DNA of 64,000 nucleotides, from positions 186,170-250,169 of the forward strand of contig JBEULP010000117.1 of assembly GCA_041287245.1 (NCBI GenBank), in the 5' to 3' direction. The notes below the pieces were generated by a model that was not told the origin of the DNA, made no database searches, and saw nothing but the letters and a program-made list of their open reading frames with translations. This document shows positions 47,752-57,696 of the stretch, piece after piece. Source of the DNA: Infirmifilum sp. Its GTDB lineage: Archaea > Thermoproteota > Thermoprotei > Thermofilales > Thermofilaceae. The position numbers and the translations under genes were made by a program. Each line of letters begins with the position of its first letter. Position 1 is the stretch's first letter.

Positions 47752-49277
47752 TCTTCACCTCCATATTTACCTTCAAGGTAGTTGAATACTCTTGACCAAA
47801 ATGTCTTGTTAATCAAAACTATTACGAGTGATAGAGCGACTGCAGATAACACAAGCCCCGTAGCATCACCATTGATGGTCAATTTGTTCAGTAGAGCGCC
47901 TACCCCTCCTAGGTCTATAACTTTATTTTCAATGCTAACATATTCCGCCACGACGCTTGCGTTCCACGCGCCACCCCAGGCACTAAGTGCCCCTGTAGCC
48001 ACAGAGGGAAGTAGCGAGGGAATAAAAACGTAGCGGAAAAAGCTAAAACCGCGGATTCTGTAGACTGAGGACAGCTCTTCAAATTCCCTCTTGATGCTCG
48101 CTAAACCGTATACTAAAACGTTGAAATAAAGATACCAGAAGGAACCCTGTAGAAAGACAATTGCGCTCACCAAATATGGTCCAAAGGAGTATTTCAAAGC
48201 TATTGTAGAGAGAAGTGGCCACCATACGATAGCGGGTAAAGAGGCTAAAGCTTCTCCAATGATAGACATGGATTTACCTATAATAAGGGATTTATAGGAA
48301 AAATAGGCTATAAAAAGGGAAAGCGTAAAGGAGAACATGACGATTGAGGCTATTCTAGCGAGTGTTAAAGGTATTTCTTGAAAAACAGGTATGGTTTTCG
48401 CCATGATTTCAGGTATGTTTAGGGTGACAGCAGCCTCTCCCAGCTGAATTAATACTAGAGCAACGAGTATGCCTAGAATAGCCTTCACTAGAATCGAGAG
48501 AAAGCCTCTCATAGGGGATATTTTCTTTTCAACGGTTAGACAAACTCCGGTTAACGCTCGCCAAATAACAGCAACCAACTCATGAACCTTCTCATAGAAA
48601 CTCACCACTCCGGGTAGTGGCAGTCCAAGCGTTGTTGCTGCTGCCGGATTCCACAAGGTCATATACGTCAGGATTATGAGGGTTAGTAGGGTAGCTACTC
48701 CTAGAGAGAATCCAAACATGTCTCCAGAGTTGAAATGTTCGATTGTAAAGCTTCCAAGACCAACTAACTTGTACGCTGCATTTCCTAGAGAGACAACCTC
48801 AGCTGAGGTTAGGAAAAACCATCCTCCAGCCCAGGACACAAGGCTGTTTGCTATAAGTGATCTGCGAGAAGCGGGGGTGTATATAAAGAAGAAGCGGGCG
48901 GCGTGTCCAAAGCCATAAACTCTCGCTAAATCTTCATAGGCAGGATCAAGGGATTTTACGGATGAATAAACCCCAAATATCATGTTCCAGACAAGGCTCG
49001 TGATTATTAAGAATATGGAGGCGAGCTCCAAGCCTATTCTTTCAGGCAAATAAGTGACAAATAAAAGTAAGGCTGCTGGGAAGAAGCCGAGTATCGGGAT
49101 AGACTGAAGTATATCCAAGACTGGAAGGAGAATACTTTCGATAATCTTGTTTCTAGCCATGGCGCTTCCTAAGATTAGGGATAGAATAACCGAGAGGATG
49201 TAAGCCGTGGCCATTCTGTATAAGCTGGCTGAAGATGCAAGGAGTAATTCGGTATAGAGCGACACGCCACCCACCAT
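47748..49277 (-). CDS. ABC transporter permease with duplicated membrane domain (NitT/TauT type)
   Basis: LDILQSIPILGFFP, SWAGGWFF, WGGAWNASVVAE. Confidence 0.88.
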   Translation of the reverse strand: MVGGVSLYTELLLASSASLYRMATAYILSVILSLILGSAMARNKIIESILLPVLDILQSIPILGFFPAALLLFVTYLPERIGLELASIFLIITSLVWNMIFGVYSSVKSLDPAYEDLARVYGFGHAARFFFIYTPASRRSLIANSLVSWAGGWFFLTSAEVVSLGNAAYKLVGLGSFTIEHFNSGDMFGFSLGVATLLTLIILTYMTLWNPAAATTLGLPLPGVVSFYEKVHELVAVIWRALTGVCLTVEKKISPMRGFLSILVKAILGILVALVLIQLGEAAVTLNIPEIMAKTIPVFQEIPLTLARIASIVMFSFTLSLFIAYFSYKSLIIGKSMSIIGEALASLPAIVWWPLLSTIALKYSFGPYLVSAIVFLQGSFWYLYFNVLVYGLASIKREFEELSSVYRIRGFSFFRYVFIPSLLPSVATGALSAWGGAWNASVVAEYVSIENKVIDLGGVGALLNKLTINGDATGLVLSAVALSLVIVLINKTFWSRVFNYLEGKYGGEE

Positions 49278-49357
49278 TTTACATTATGGATATACGAAAT
49301 AGAAAAGTTAAAAAATGTAGCTCGCAGTGAATTATTAATAGAGGGTGAAAATAGTAA

Positions 49358-49852
49358 GTGTCCGAGGATTCAAGTAAAAGTAAGTTTCATAAAATCTTGC
49401 TCCCTGTCGACGTAACCCCCGATCACGTCCTCGGGCTTGTCGAGGTTCTTCACAGCTTAGGGGGTAGCGTCGACTCCATGTACGTGGGCGATGCTGTGAA
49501 CGAGAACATAAAAGTCCTGCCTAAAGCTATCGATGTTGCCGAGGCGCTGGGACTTATTAAAGCTGAACAAGGGAATCTCACGCTTACGGAAATAGGCAAG
49601 AAAATAGCTTCCAGTGACCCTAAAAGCTTAAAGTATATCTTGAAAACCGCTATTAGAAAACTGGATCCCTTAATAGAATTAGTAGACGTATTGACGAAGC
49701 AAAAGAAAATGTCAGTGGAAAAATTTGAGGAAATCATAGCCAAGTACTATCCCGGGAGAGTTGAAGAAGCGATGAAAAATATTCTCATCTGGGGCGCCTT
49801 CCTTAATATATTTAAAATGGATGAGGATGACGAGGAAATTCATTTAATATAG
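49358..49852 (+). CDS. Stand-alone AAA-associated (C-terminal NitT/TauT ATPase) domain protein
   Basis: VLGLVEVL, LP.AIDVAEALGLI, LTEIGK, LIWG motifs. Confidence 0.75.
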   Translation: MSEDSSKSKFHKILLPVDVTPDHVLGLVEVLHSLGGSVDSMYVGDAVNENIKVLPKAIDVAEALGLIKAEQGNLTLTEIGKKIASSDPKSLKYILKTAIRKLDPLIELVDVLTKQKKMSVEKFEEIIAKYYPGRVEEAMKNILIWGAFLNIFKMDEDDEEIHLI

Positions 49853-49871
49853 AACTTTTAATATGAACATG

Positions 49872-49920
49872 AGGATGAGATTCGCTAGGGCCGATCGATG
49901 AGGCTTACGGCGGAGGCTGA
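49872..49920 (+). ncRNA. C/D box methylation guide sRNA
   Basis: C box AGGATGA 49872-49878, D' CCGA 49891-49894, C' CGATGA, D CTGA 49917-49920; fills the gap between convergent genes. Confidence 0.75.
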
Positions 49921-49921
49921 A

Positions 49922-50419
49922 TCAGAACAATGTTTTCTGTTTCGTCCCCCTCTTCTCAATATTCTCTGGAAAACTATCACGCACCGGAAGATAGACTTTC
50001 TCATAAAAATCCTTTTGTGAGAGAAGAGTACCGCGGTCGAAGCTGGAAACATAGTCTACAGCTATTCTCCAGATCTCTTCAAAATTCATATAGTCTGATA
50101 GCTTCCTAGAGACTTCCCGGTAGAAATCCTCTGGCCTCTGCTCTTCTCCTCCAATGGTAAACCACCCATTGGGACTTATATAAGCAGCCTCGTCTCCAAC
50201 CTGAACAATGTTACGGGTAGGAGTCTCCTGAGCGGGGCTTTTCTCGGCCCTCCCTCTAGAAGCAGCTACGGGCACACCCCTCTTCTTTGCCCATGCGTAG
50301 AAAATAGCTCTGTTCAACCCAAAGGAAAAAGCTTTCTCCTTGTCGCCAGTAAGAACATAGTACCTCGCGGCTTGCAGAAGAGCCATAACTTCGAACCTTC
50401 CAATCTTAGAACGCCTCAC
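49922..50419 (-). CDS. Conserved hypothetical protein
   Basis: RFEVMALLQAAR, GLNRAIFYAWAK, FYEKVYLPVRD. Confidence 0.75.
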   Translation of the reverse strand: MRRSKIGRFEVMALLQAARYYVLTGDKEKAFSFGLNRAIFYAWAKKRGVPVAASRGRAEKSPAQETPTRNIVQVGDEAAYISPNGWFTIGGEEQRPEDFYREVSRKLSDYMNFEEIWRIAVDYVSSFDRGTLLSQKDFYEKVYLPVRDSFPENIEKRGTKQKTLF

Positions 50420-51122
50420 GAGGATTAAGAGGCTTTTTTAAAGATAAATCTAACTTGTCGTAAGAGATAACAGCTGTTTCCTCGTGAGTCAGAAAACTTC
50501 TTAGTTCTTCAAGGAGGATGGGTATACCTATGCTTGCGTCACGGCTTGCGTCGAAGAACAAAAGCTTTTCTCTCTCTTTGTAGAATTCAACGACAGGACT
50601 TATTGTCTTCATATACTCCTCGTATCTATGCCTAACTATTTCCTCAGAGTCGTCCTCTCTTCGAACCAGTTGCGTCCCACATACATCACAATACCCCCTC
50701 CTGGCAGGGGGCTTCCATCTTTCATGGTAAACCTTTCCGCAAACAGGGCAATACAGCCTCCCCGAGACTCTCTCGACAACAACTTCTAGAGGCGCGTGGA
50801 GTAAAACCGCAACATCTAAAGGGTAGCGCTCCTCTAAAGTAAGAGCCTGGGAAATCGTCCTCGGATACCCATCCAGAATAAATCCCTGCTTGCAGTCCGG
50901 CTGGGCGAGACGCTCAAATAAAATCTTGTTTACAATATCATCAGGGACTAGGAGTCCTCTGGAAACATACAGCGAAATCTCGCAGCCTAAAGAGGTACCA
51001 GCTTTAACTTCACGCCGTAAGAGTTCACCGGTTGAGATGTGAGGAATGTGGAGTTGCATCGCCAGGTTAGAAGCATACGTTCCTTTTCCCACACCCGGCG
51101 GACCTAAAAGGGAAAGTCTGAT
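50406..51122 (-). CDS. adk: Adenylate kinase with Zn-lid; apparent ATC start
   Basis: RLSLLGPPGVGKGT, HISTG, GFILDGYPRT, CPVC...CDVC, RREDD. Confidence 0.9.
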   Translation of the reverse strand: MRLSLLGPPGVGKGTYASNLAMQLHIPHISTGELLRREVKAGTSLGCEISLYVSRGLLVPDDIVNKILFERLAQPDCKQGFILDGYPRTISQALTLEERYPLDVAVLLHAPLEVVVERVSGRLYCPVCGKVYHERWKPPARRGYCDVCGTQLVRREDDSEEIVRHRYEEYMKTISPVVEFYKEREKLLFFDASRDASIGIPILLEELRSFLTHEETAVISYDKLDLSLKKPLNPREAF

Positions 51123-51227
51123 GGTTCTCCCGGAAATTGATTAACAATGGCTATTAATAAACTTTTCCTAACCCATGACGGAATCTATTCAAATCAAGCT
51201 TAAATAGCTGGAGTTTCAACATAACCT

Positions 51228-52631
51228 GTGCCGGAAGCGCTGGAGGAGAAAAACATCCTCTATTTTATGACTATACCTATACCGGTACACATAAAAAATC
51301 TTATTGCCTCTGGGGATTTCGAGAAAGCCTCGAAAGAGATAGATAGCCTATTAAGCAAGGCTAGCAAACCTGAGAGGATAAGATTTTTGTTTGAAAAGGA
51401 TAGAATCATGCGTTTTGAGAGAGAGTTTCCCCTCAGCCCCGAGGAGTCTTTCACTCTTGCCTCTCAAGAGATCGAGTCCTTATCTCAATCTGAGTTCCAA
51501 CGGCTGATCGAGAGGGGGTGTGTTGACCACATAACCCATAAAAATGGGATCAGGGTTTTTAGGCGTTTCATTCCAAACATGTTTTGGCTTTGTCCCGAGC
51601 TTAAAACGAGAAAGATTAGGGGAGAAAGCGAGCTGGGGGCTATAGAGAAAGAAGCCCTCTATTGGAGGGCTTCAAGGATACAAGAAGCATCTAGGGATTC
51701 CACCTCACCCTACCTCTTACCTTTAAAGTATACAATAAGGTTCACCCTAAGGATCCTGGAGCGGGAGAAATACCCTGGTAAGCTGCGCGTGTGGATACCT
51801 ATTCCCCGAGAAGACGGGATAAACAGGGCTTTTAAAGTTCTCGAGTCTAAACCACCTTTTAAGCACATAGCCCCGCCCGAGCATCCTCAGAGGACAATAT
51901 ATTTCGAGCTCACCGAGGAAGATGCTATTTCACTCCTATATGAGTTCGTCTCCTACGGCTACCACGCGAAGGTCGATCCTGACTCCGCTAGGGTCACTGA
52001 GGAAAGCGAAATCCTTGAAGAATACACTGCTGAAAAACCACCCCACATTGTTTTCAGCGACTACCTCGTGGGTCTCACGCGGAAGATTGTCGGGGAAGAG
52101 AAAAACCCTCTTAAAATAGCTCAAAGAATATGGCTATGGGTAACCTCTAATGTCCGTTACACTTACGCAATGGACTATGCTTTATACGACAACATCAGCG
52201 AGTATGTGGCGAAGAACCTCCGCGGAGACTGTGGAATGCAGGCTATCCTATTTATAACGATGGCGAGAATAGCCGGAATACCGGCGAGATGGCAGTCGGG
52301 GTGGTATCTCAACCCTGTTAGACCTGGTATGCACGACTGGGCCCAGATACACGTCGAGCCCTACGGATGGCTATACGTAGACCCTAGCTTTGGGAACAAA
52401 GCAAAGGGTGATGACTGGCGAAACACATTTTACTTCGGCTCGATTGAGGGTTATAGGCTTGCTGCGAACATCGACATTTCTCGGCAGTTCGACCCTCCAA
52501 AGGTATTTTTCAGGTCTGATCCTGTCGACAACCAGCAAGGAGAGGTTGAGTCAGATGAAGGAAACTTGTACTACGGCAACTGGGAAAGTAAACTTGAAGT
52601 GATAGAGGTTGAAAAACTGAAGAAAAATTAG
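51228..52631 (+). CDS. Transglutaminase-like domain protein
   Basis: GDCG...GIPAR, HDW, W.YVD Cys-His-Asp triad. Confidence 0.88.
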   Translation: MPEALEEKNILYFMTIPIPVHIKNLIASGDFEKASKEIDSLLSKASKPERIRFLFEKDRIMRFEREFPLSPEESFTLASQEIESLSQSEFQRLIERGCVDHITHKNGIRVFRRFIPNMFWLCPELKTRKIRGESELGAIEKEALYWRASRIQEASRDSTSPYLLPLKYTIRFTLRILEREKYPGKLRVWIPIPREDGINRAFKVLESKPPFKHIAPPEHPQRTIYFELTEEDAISLLYEFVSYGYHAKVDPDSARVTEESEILEEYTAEKPPHIVFSDYLVGLTRKIVGEEKNPLKIAQRIWLWVTSNVRYTYAMDYALYDNISEYVAKNLRGDCGMQAILFITMARIAGIPARWQSGWYLNPVRPGMHDWAQIHVEPYGWLYVDPSFGNKAKGDDWRNTFYFGSIEGYRLAANIDISRQFDPPKVFFRSDPVDNQQGEVESDEGNLYYGNWESKLEVIEVEKLKKN

Positions 52632-53905
52632 ATTCTATCCTTAGGGTACGACTTGTAGATAATTAACCAGCAGAGCAAAGCCAGGAGCCATAGTGAGACC
52701 GTAATGGAAGCTGACAAGGTCATCGAAGAAATTATCTCGCCTTTTACGGCAACGGTTCTTAAAAGCCACGGATAGAATATTGGTCCTAGCGTCCAGCCGA
52801 GGTTGTTCAGAATACTGTAGATAGCGAATACAGTACCCCTATGCTCAGGCACGACCACCTCGCTTAGAATTGTGTTAATGTTTGGATATGCGAAGGTGGT
52901 AAACATCATTCCCAACGTGGCTAGGAGAGCTGGCAACACTAGGCTTGAAAAGTCTGCTGCACCATAGGGGTATGGATATAGGATCATTGCAAGCATTGAG
53001 ATATATCCTATTGTAACTCCGACAAGCGAGACCTTTGTCCTTCCACTGATGTCTCCCCTCTTAACCATCCTATCACTTATAGTGCCTCCAATAATGTGTC
53101 CCAGAGCTATGGAAAGTGTAGCTAAGGCAATGATAAGAGAGGCTGTTCCACGAGGAATCCCCCACTTCGTTTGTATGTAGTCTATTGACCAAACGCTGAG
53201 CATTCCCCATGGAATGGTCCAGGGGACTATCATTAAGAGCATGACAAGGATGGTTTTCTTCCGTAGGCTTGGAATCGCGTCTCGGAATCTATAGGTCTTA
53301 ATCTCTTTTTTAGCCTCTGAATAGCCAATGGTTATACCCTTGGAGGAAATGTATAACATCAAGGTCGTTATAAGTACAAGTAAGCCTGAAATCACGTATG
53401 CAACGCGCCAGGGTAGGAGTACCCCTGCGACAATGATACCGAGGATCATTGCTAAAACACTTGAAACATAGTATAAGGCATAGCCTTTCCCTCTTCTCTC
53501 CGGAGGAACAGCGTCTGAAATAAAAGCATAAATTGCTGGGCCAACTCCGACGTAGCCGACACCAAAAAGGACGAAATATGTTAAAAGCTGTTGATAAGTA
53601 GAAGCCGTTGGAATTATAATAAGGCTAACGCCCATCACTAGCCCGAGTAAAAGCAGTATAGGTCTGCGTCCAAGTTTATCGGCGAGGATTCCCCAGAAGA
53701 AGGATAGAACTAGCCCCACGCCTTGTAGAGACGTAGCTATAAGCCCGCCGTAAAATCTCCATTCAGCTTCGGTCGTACCGGGGATCAGATTCTCCTGGTG
53801 TAATGTCTGCATTATCGGGTTAAGCATGTAGTAGCCCATGAAATAGGATAGTACCAATATGGCAAGAGACCCTAGTACTATATTCTGTTTTGCTCCTCCC
53901 TCCAT
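52628..53905 (-). CDS. MFS transporter
   Basis: GILADKLGRR motif A, about 12 TM helices. Confidence 0.92.
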   Translation of the reverse strand: MEGGAKQNIVLGSLAILVLSYFMGYYMLNPIMQTLHQENLIPGTTEAEWRFYGGLIATSLQGVGLVLSFFWGILADKLGRRPILLLLGLVMGVSLIIIPTASTYQQLLTYFVLFGVGYVGVGPAIYAFISDAVPPERRGKGYALYYVSSVLAMILGIIVAGVLLPWRVAYVISGLLVLITTLMLYISSKGITIGYSEAKKEIKTYRFRDAIPSLRKKTILVMLLMIVPWTIPWGMLSVWSIDYIQTKWGIPRGTASLIIALATLSIALGHIIGGTISDRMVKRGDISGRTKVSLVGVTIGYISMLAMILYPYPYGAADFSSLVLPALLATLGMMFTTFAYPNINTILSEVVVPEHRGTVFAIYSILNNLGWTLGPIFYPWLLRTVAVKGEIISSMTLSASITVSLWLLALLCWLIIYKSYPKDRI

Positions 53906-54802
53906 TTACAACCACCTGTTTAAGAAACTTACAATTCTCTCCTCGTATTCCTTAGGATAATCTGATATTGCAGATACGTGCGCCGATGAAGTCAGCCATA
54001 GTTCAGCCTTTTCATTTCCCTTGCGTAACTCATCGTAGAACCTTTTTATTTCCTCGGGGGCTACGAGGTCATCTCGAGCACCAGCTATGATAAGTATCGG
54101 GATCTTTATCTTTCCGGCAAAATCGTACATTACTAGCTTCTCGGGTCTTATACCTGCCTGCTTAGATGTAAAGTAAATGATGAGAGGGTAGGAGAGCCTG
54201 AGGAGAACACCCATAACTCCTTTAACCCTTGACGTCCAGCGTCTGCCCGAGCTTCTAATATCGATATATGGGCTGTCTGCTACAGCGGCTTTCACTCTAG
54301 GGTCTATTGATGAGACTATTAAGGTTATAGCCCCACCCATTGAGTAGCCTATTATTCCCACCTTAGATGCGAGGTTCCTTTCCTCAAGCCAGTCTATTAT
54401 GCTTCTGACATCCTCGCTCTCGCGATACCCTAGGGTGGTAAATTCCCCACTTGACTCCCCGTGGGCACGCATATCAAACACAGCTACGTTAAAACCATTC
54501 CTGGCTAGGATGTCGATCACGGGTTTCATGTACCCCTCGTCCCACTTGCTAGAGGTGTACCCGTGTACGACGATCACAGTCTTATCAGTCCGTCCTTTGA
54601 TTAACCAGCCGCGCAGAATCACTCCATCTTGTGTTCTGATCTCGTAGTTTTCATATTCATAACCTAGGTCTTTTGGAGTCCAAGTTCCCTTTTTTCGCGG
54701 AGGTTTTAGCATCTTGCCGGAAGCTATATAGGCGATTGCTATAATAAGGAGAAGGAATGATAGTAACAGCACGCCTAGTAGGATTAATATTTGTGTTATC
54801 AC
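53906..54802 (-). CDS. Membrane-anchored alpha/beta hydrolase
   Basis: VHGY, DMRAHGES, GYSMGG nucleophile elbow, D and H catalytic residues. Confidence 0.9.
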   Translation of the reverse strand: MITQILILLGVLLLSFLLLIIAIAYIASGKMLKPPRKKGTWTPKDLGYEYENYEIRTQDGVILRGWLIKGRTDKTVIVVHGYTSSKWDEGYMKPVIDILARNGFNVAVFDMRAHGESSGEFTTLGYRESEDVRSIIDWLEERNLASKVGIIGYSMGGAITLIVSSIDPRVKAAVADSPYIDIRSSGRRWTSRVKGVMGVLLRLSYPLIIYFTSKQAGIRPEKLVMYDFAGKIKIPILIIAGARDDLVAPEEIKRFYDELRKGNEKAELWLTSSAHVSAISDYPKEYEERIVSFLNRWL

Positions 54803-54895
54803 AAATGTTTATAAAGGAAACATTGTAATTTATAGTTTTTGCTAGCCATAAGAAAAGTATATTTAAAAGCGGATCTGTTATTTACAGCAGAGTCA

Positions 54896-55492
54896 ATGCT
54901 TGATGAGAATGACCTGAAAGTATTGGAGGTTTTAATAAGATCTCCTAGAGCCACCATATCTGAAATCGCTCGGGAAACTGGACTAAGCCGCCCTACTGTT
55001 CGATCTAGACTTGAGAAGCTTCTCAAAAGTCAGCTCATAAAAGGGATTAGGCTGGAATTAGACGACGAAATACTTGGTGGGAAGACTTTCCTAGTATCGG
55101 TTTACAGTGAAAACCCCGAGGAAGCTTTTCAGGAGATTCTATCCCTGCCTGGTGTAGACGATGTTTTCATGGTTCAAGGGCGACCTAATATTCTCGCTTT
55201 CTTCCACGTGTATGATTTAGATTCATTGACTTGTATTATGGATCAGGTGAAAAAAATCGATAATCATGCAGAGGTTAAGCTTGTTCACAGGTGGAAAAGT
55301 GTTAACAATATTGTTGAGCGAATCGTAGCTAGCGGAAAAGGTGATCTACATTGCGAGACATGTGGAACCCGGATAAAAGGGAATCCTTACGTCTACGTTT
55401 ACAGAAATAAAAAATACTTTTTCTGCTGTCCCGTCTGTAGACAAGAGTTTATAGAAAAGATAAGGAGAAATGAGCACAAAACCCAAGCATAA
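54896..55492 (+). CDS. Lrp/AsnC regulator with C-terminal TRASH/YHS metal-binding domain
   Basis: LDENDLKVL HTH; CETCG...YFFCCPVC. Confidence 0.85.
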   Translation: MLDENDLKVLEVLIRSPRATISEIARETGLSRPTVRSRLEKLLKSQLIKGIRLELDDEILGGKTFLVSVYSENPEEAFQEILSLPGVDDVFMVQGRPNILAFFHVYDLDSLTCIMDQVKKIDNHAEVKLVHRWKSVNNIVERIVASGKGDLHCETCGTRIKGNPYVYVYRNKKYFFCCPVCRQEFIEKIRRNEHKTQA

Positions 55493-55524
55493 AAAAATAT
55501 TAATCATTTAACCTACTAGACCTC

Positions 55525-56622
55525 TTGATGAGCTACAAAATAGATGAAAAAGCCCTGGGATTTCTAAAGGAAGCGACTGAAGCTATAGGACCCTCCGGTT
55601 TCGAGGAACCAGTTTTAGCACTATTCAAAAACCGTTACTCTGGGTATGCCGATGAAGTACGCCGAGACAATCTTGGCTCCATGGTGTTTGTGAAGAAAGG
55701 GAAGAGCGAGCAGCCCCGTGTCCTCGTAGCTGGACATGTGGACGAGGTAGGCTTCCTAGTCACAGGTATTACTAATGAAGGATTTGTAAATTTTACGACG
55801 CTAGGGGGGTGGTTTGAACAGGTTCTGCTTGCTCAGCGTGTTGTTATTAGGACAAGGAAAGGCGATGTGATCGGCGTCATAGCCAGTAAGCCGCCTCACC
55901 TCCTCACTCCTGATGAACGGCAGAAGGTTGTACAGTTCAGCCAGATGTTCATAGACGTGGGGGCTACAAGCAAGGAGGAAGCCGAGAGCCTAGGAATAAG
56001 GGTTGGAGACCCCGTAGCCCCCTGGTCTCCATTTACAATGACAAGGTTTGAGGATAGAATAATGGCTAAGGCTTTAGACGATAGGATAGGAGCATTCATG
56101 GCTTTGGAGGCTCTTAGGTTCCTTCGAGAACAACACATAGAACATCCGAACACATACTACGCGGCAGCCACGGTTCAAGAAGAAGTGGGACTTAGGGGTG
56201 CTGAGACTGTTGGCTGGATTGCAGATCATGACATTGCAATCGTAACAGAGGTTGATATTGCCGGTGACGTTCCAGGGATTAAACCAAACGAGGCTCAGGC
56301 TAAAGTAGGCAAGGGACCTACAATCGTGACGTTTGACAGATCCATGATACCTAACCAGAAACTTAAGGAATTCGTCATAGAGGTTGCAGAGGAGTGTAAA
56401 ATCCCATACCAGCTATCCGCAGTATCAGGTGGAACTGATGCTGGTAGGCTCCACTTATACAGAGGAGGGCGTCCCAGTATTGTGATCGGAGTTCCGACGC
56501 GTCACATTCACAGCCATGTGAGTATTCTCAGCTTGAAGGATGTCGAGAATGCTGTAAATCTGATAGTTGAGCTTCTGAAAAGGCTGGATGAGAAGACTGT
56601 CAGGGGATTCAGATACGTATAA
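55525..56622 (+). CDS. M42 family aminopeptidase (TET-like)
   Basis: GHVDEVG, KALDDR, QEEVGLRGA, GGTDAG, RHIHS. Confidence 0.93.
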   Translation: MMSYKIDEKALGFLKEATEAIGPSGFEEPVLALFKNRYSGYADEVRRDNLGSMVFVKKGKSEQPRVLVAGHVDEVGFLVTGITNEGFVNFTTLGGWFEQVLLAQRVVIRTRKGDVIGVIASKPPHLLTPDERQKVVQFSQMFIDVGATSKEEAESLGIRVGDPVAPWSPFTMTRFEDRIMAKALDDRIGAFMALEALRFLREQHIEHPNTYYAAATVQEEVGLRGAETVGWIADHDIAIVTEVDIAGDVPGIKPNEAQAKVGKGPTIVTFDRSMIPNQKLKEFVIEVAEECKIPYQLSAVSGGTDAGRLHLYRGGRPSIVIGVPTRHIHSHVSILSLKDVENAVNLIVELLKRLDEKTVRGFRYV

Positions 56623-56820
56623 CGTTCTGAAAAGGCTCACGCTGTGGTTTTTCTCCATTATTGATGGTATAACATTTAGAGGGTTCTAGCAGGAGCTATA
56701 AAAATATTTTTATCATTTTGAATATGCTATAGAAAGTACATAAAAGAAACTATTAAGAGGGTGTATTGTATTCAATTTTTTGACGGAAAACTTAAAAATA
56801 ATAAAGTTAGCTGGAAAGCC

Positions 56821-57675
56821 ATGCTCGATATTCAGGAGGTAGCAGTCTTAGGGGCTGGAAAAATTGGAAGCTGTATAATCAAGGCTCTGATTGAGAACGA
56901 TATACGGGTTATAGCGACCGGTAGGAGTTTAGAGACGTTGAAGAATGCCGAGAGACTTGGAGCTGTATCCACTCGGGATAATAGGAAAGCCGTTGAAAGC
57001 TCCGATCTTATAATAATTAGCGTCAAGCCCTATCATTTTCCGCAGCTTATTAAAGAAACAGGTATGGACGTATGGGATAAAAAGACGGTTGTATCGGTAA
57101 TGGCAGGTGTAACATTATCCACCCTCCAAGGGGTTCTCGAAGGAGCTGAGGTCTACAGAGCCATGCCTAACCTAAATGCCTACGTCGGAAGGTCGACCAC
57201 CGCGATAGCAGAGAACGGCTCCGGCGTACATAAAAATACCGTAGAGGCGCTTTTCCGGCTTATAGGTACCACCTTTTGGGTGCCCGAGGAGTATCTTGAC
57301 GTGTGGACAGGGCTCGCAGGTAGTGGTCCAGCCTTTTTAGCGGAAATAATCGATGCACTGGCTATGGGTGCAGTCGCCTCAGGTCTAAGTCGAGAACTCG
57401 CTTACAAAGCGATACTGGATGTTCTCGAGGGCACGGCGATATACTTGAAGACGCGGGGAAACATACATCCAGCCCAGCTTCGAGACGAGGTCGCTACTCC
57501 AGCGGGGACTACGATCAGGGGGCTTACTGTTCTTGAGTCTAGAGGTGTAAAGGCTGCGCTGATAGAACTTGTAGAGCAGGCCTCTAAAAGATCTAAAGAG
57601 ATAGGAAATGATGTGAACAAGAAGGTTAAGGAGGAATTAATTGGTTTGCTACAGCAGACCAAAAAGAAAAAATAG
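56821..57675 (+). CDS. proC: Pyrroline-5-carboxylate reductase
   Basis: GAGKIG, VKP, RAMPN, GSGPAF, VATPAGTT. Confidence 0.93.
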   Translation: MLDIQEVAVLGAGKIGSCIIKALIENDIRVIATGRSLETLKNAERLGAVSTRDNRKAVESSDLIIISVKPYHFPQLIKETGMDVWDKKTVVSVMAGVTLSTLQGVLEGAEVYRAMPNLNAYVGRSTTAIAENGSGVHKNTVEALFRLIGTTFWVPEEYLDVWTGLAGSGPAFLAEIIDALAMGAVASGLSRELAYKAILDVLEGTAIYLKTRGNIHPAQLRDEVATPAGTTIRGLTVLESRGVKAALIELVEQASKRSKEIGNDVNKKVKEELIGLLQQTKKKK

Positions 57676-57696
57676 TAGGGAAAATTAATTCAGTTT

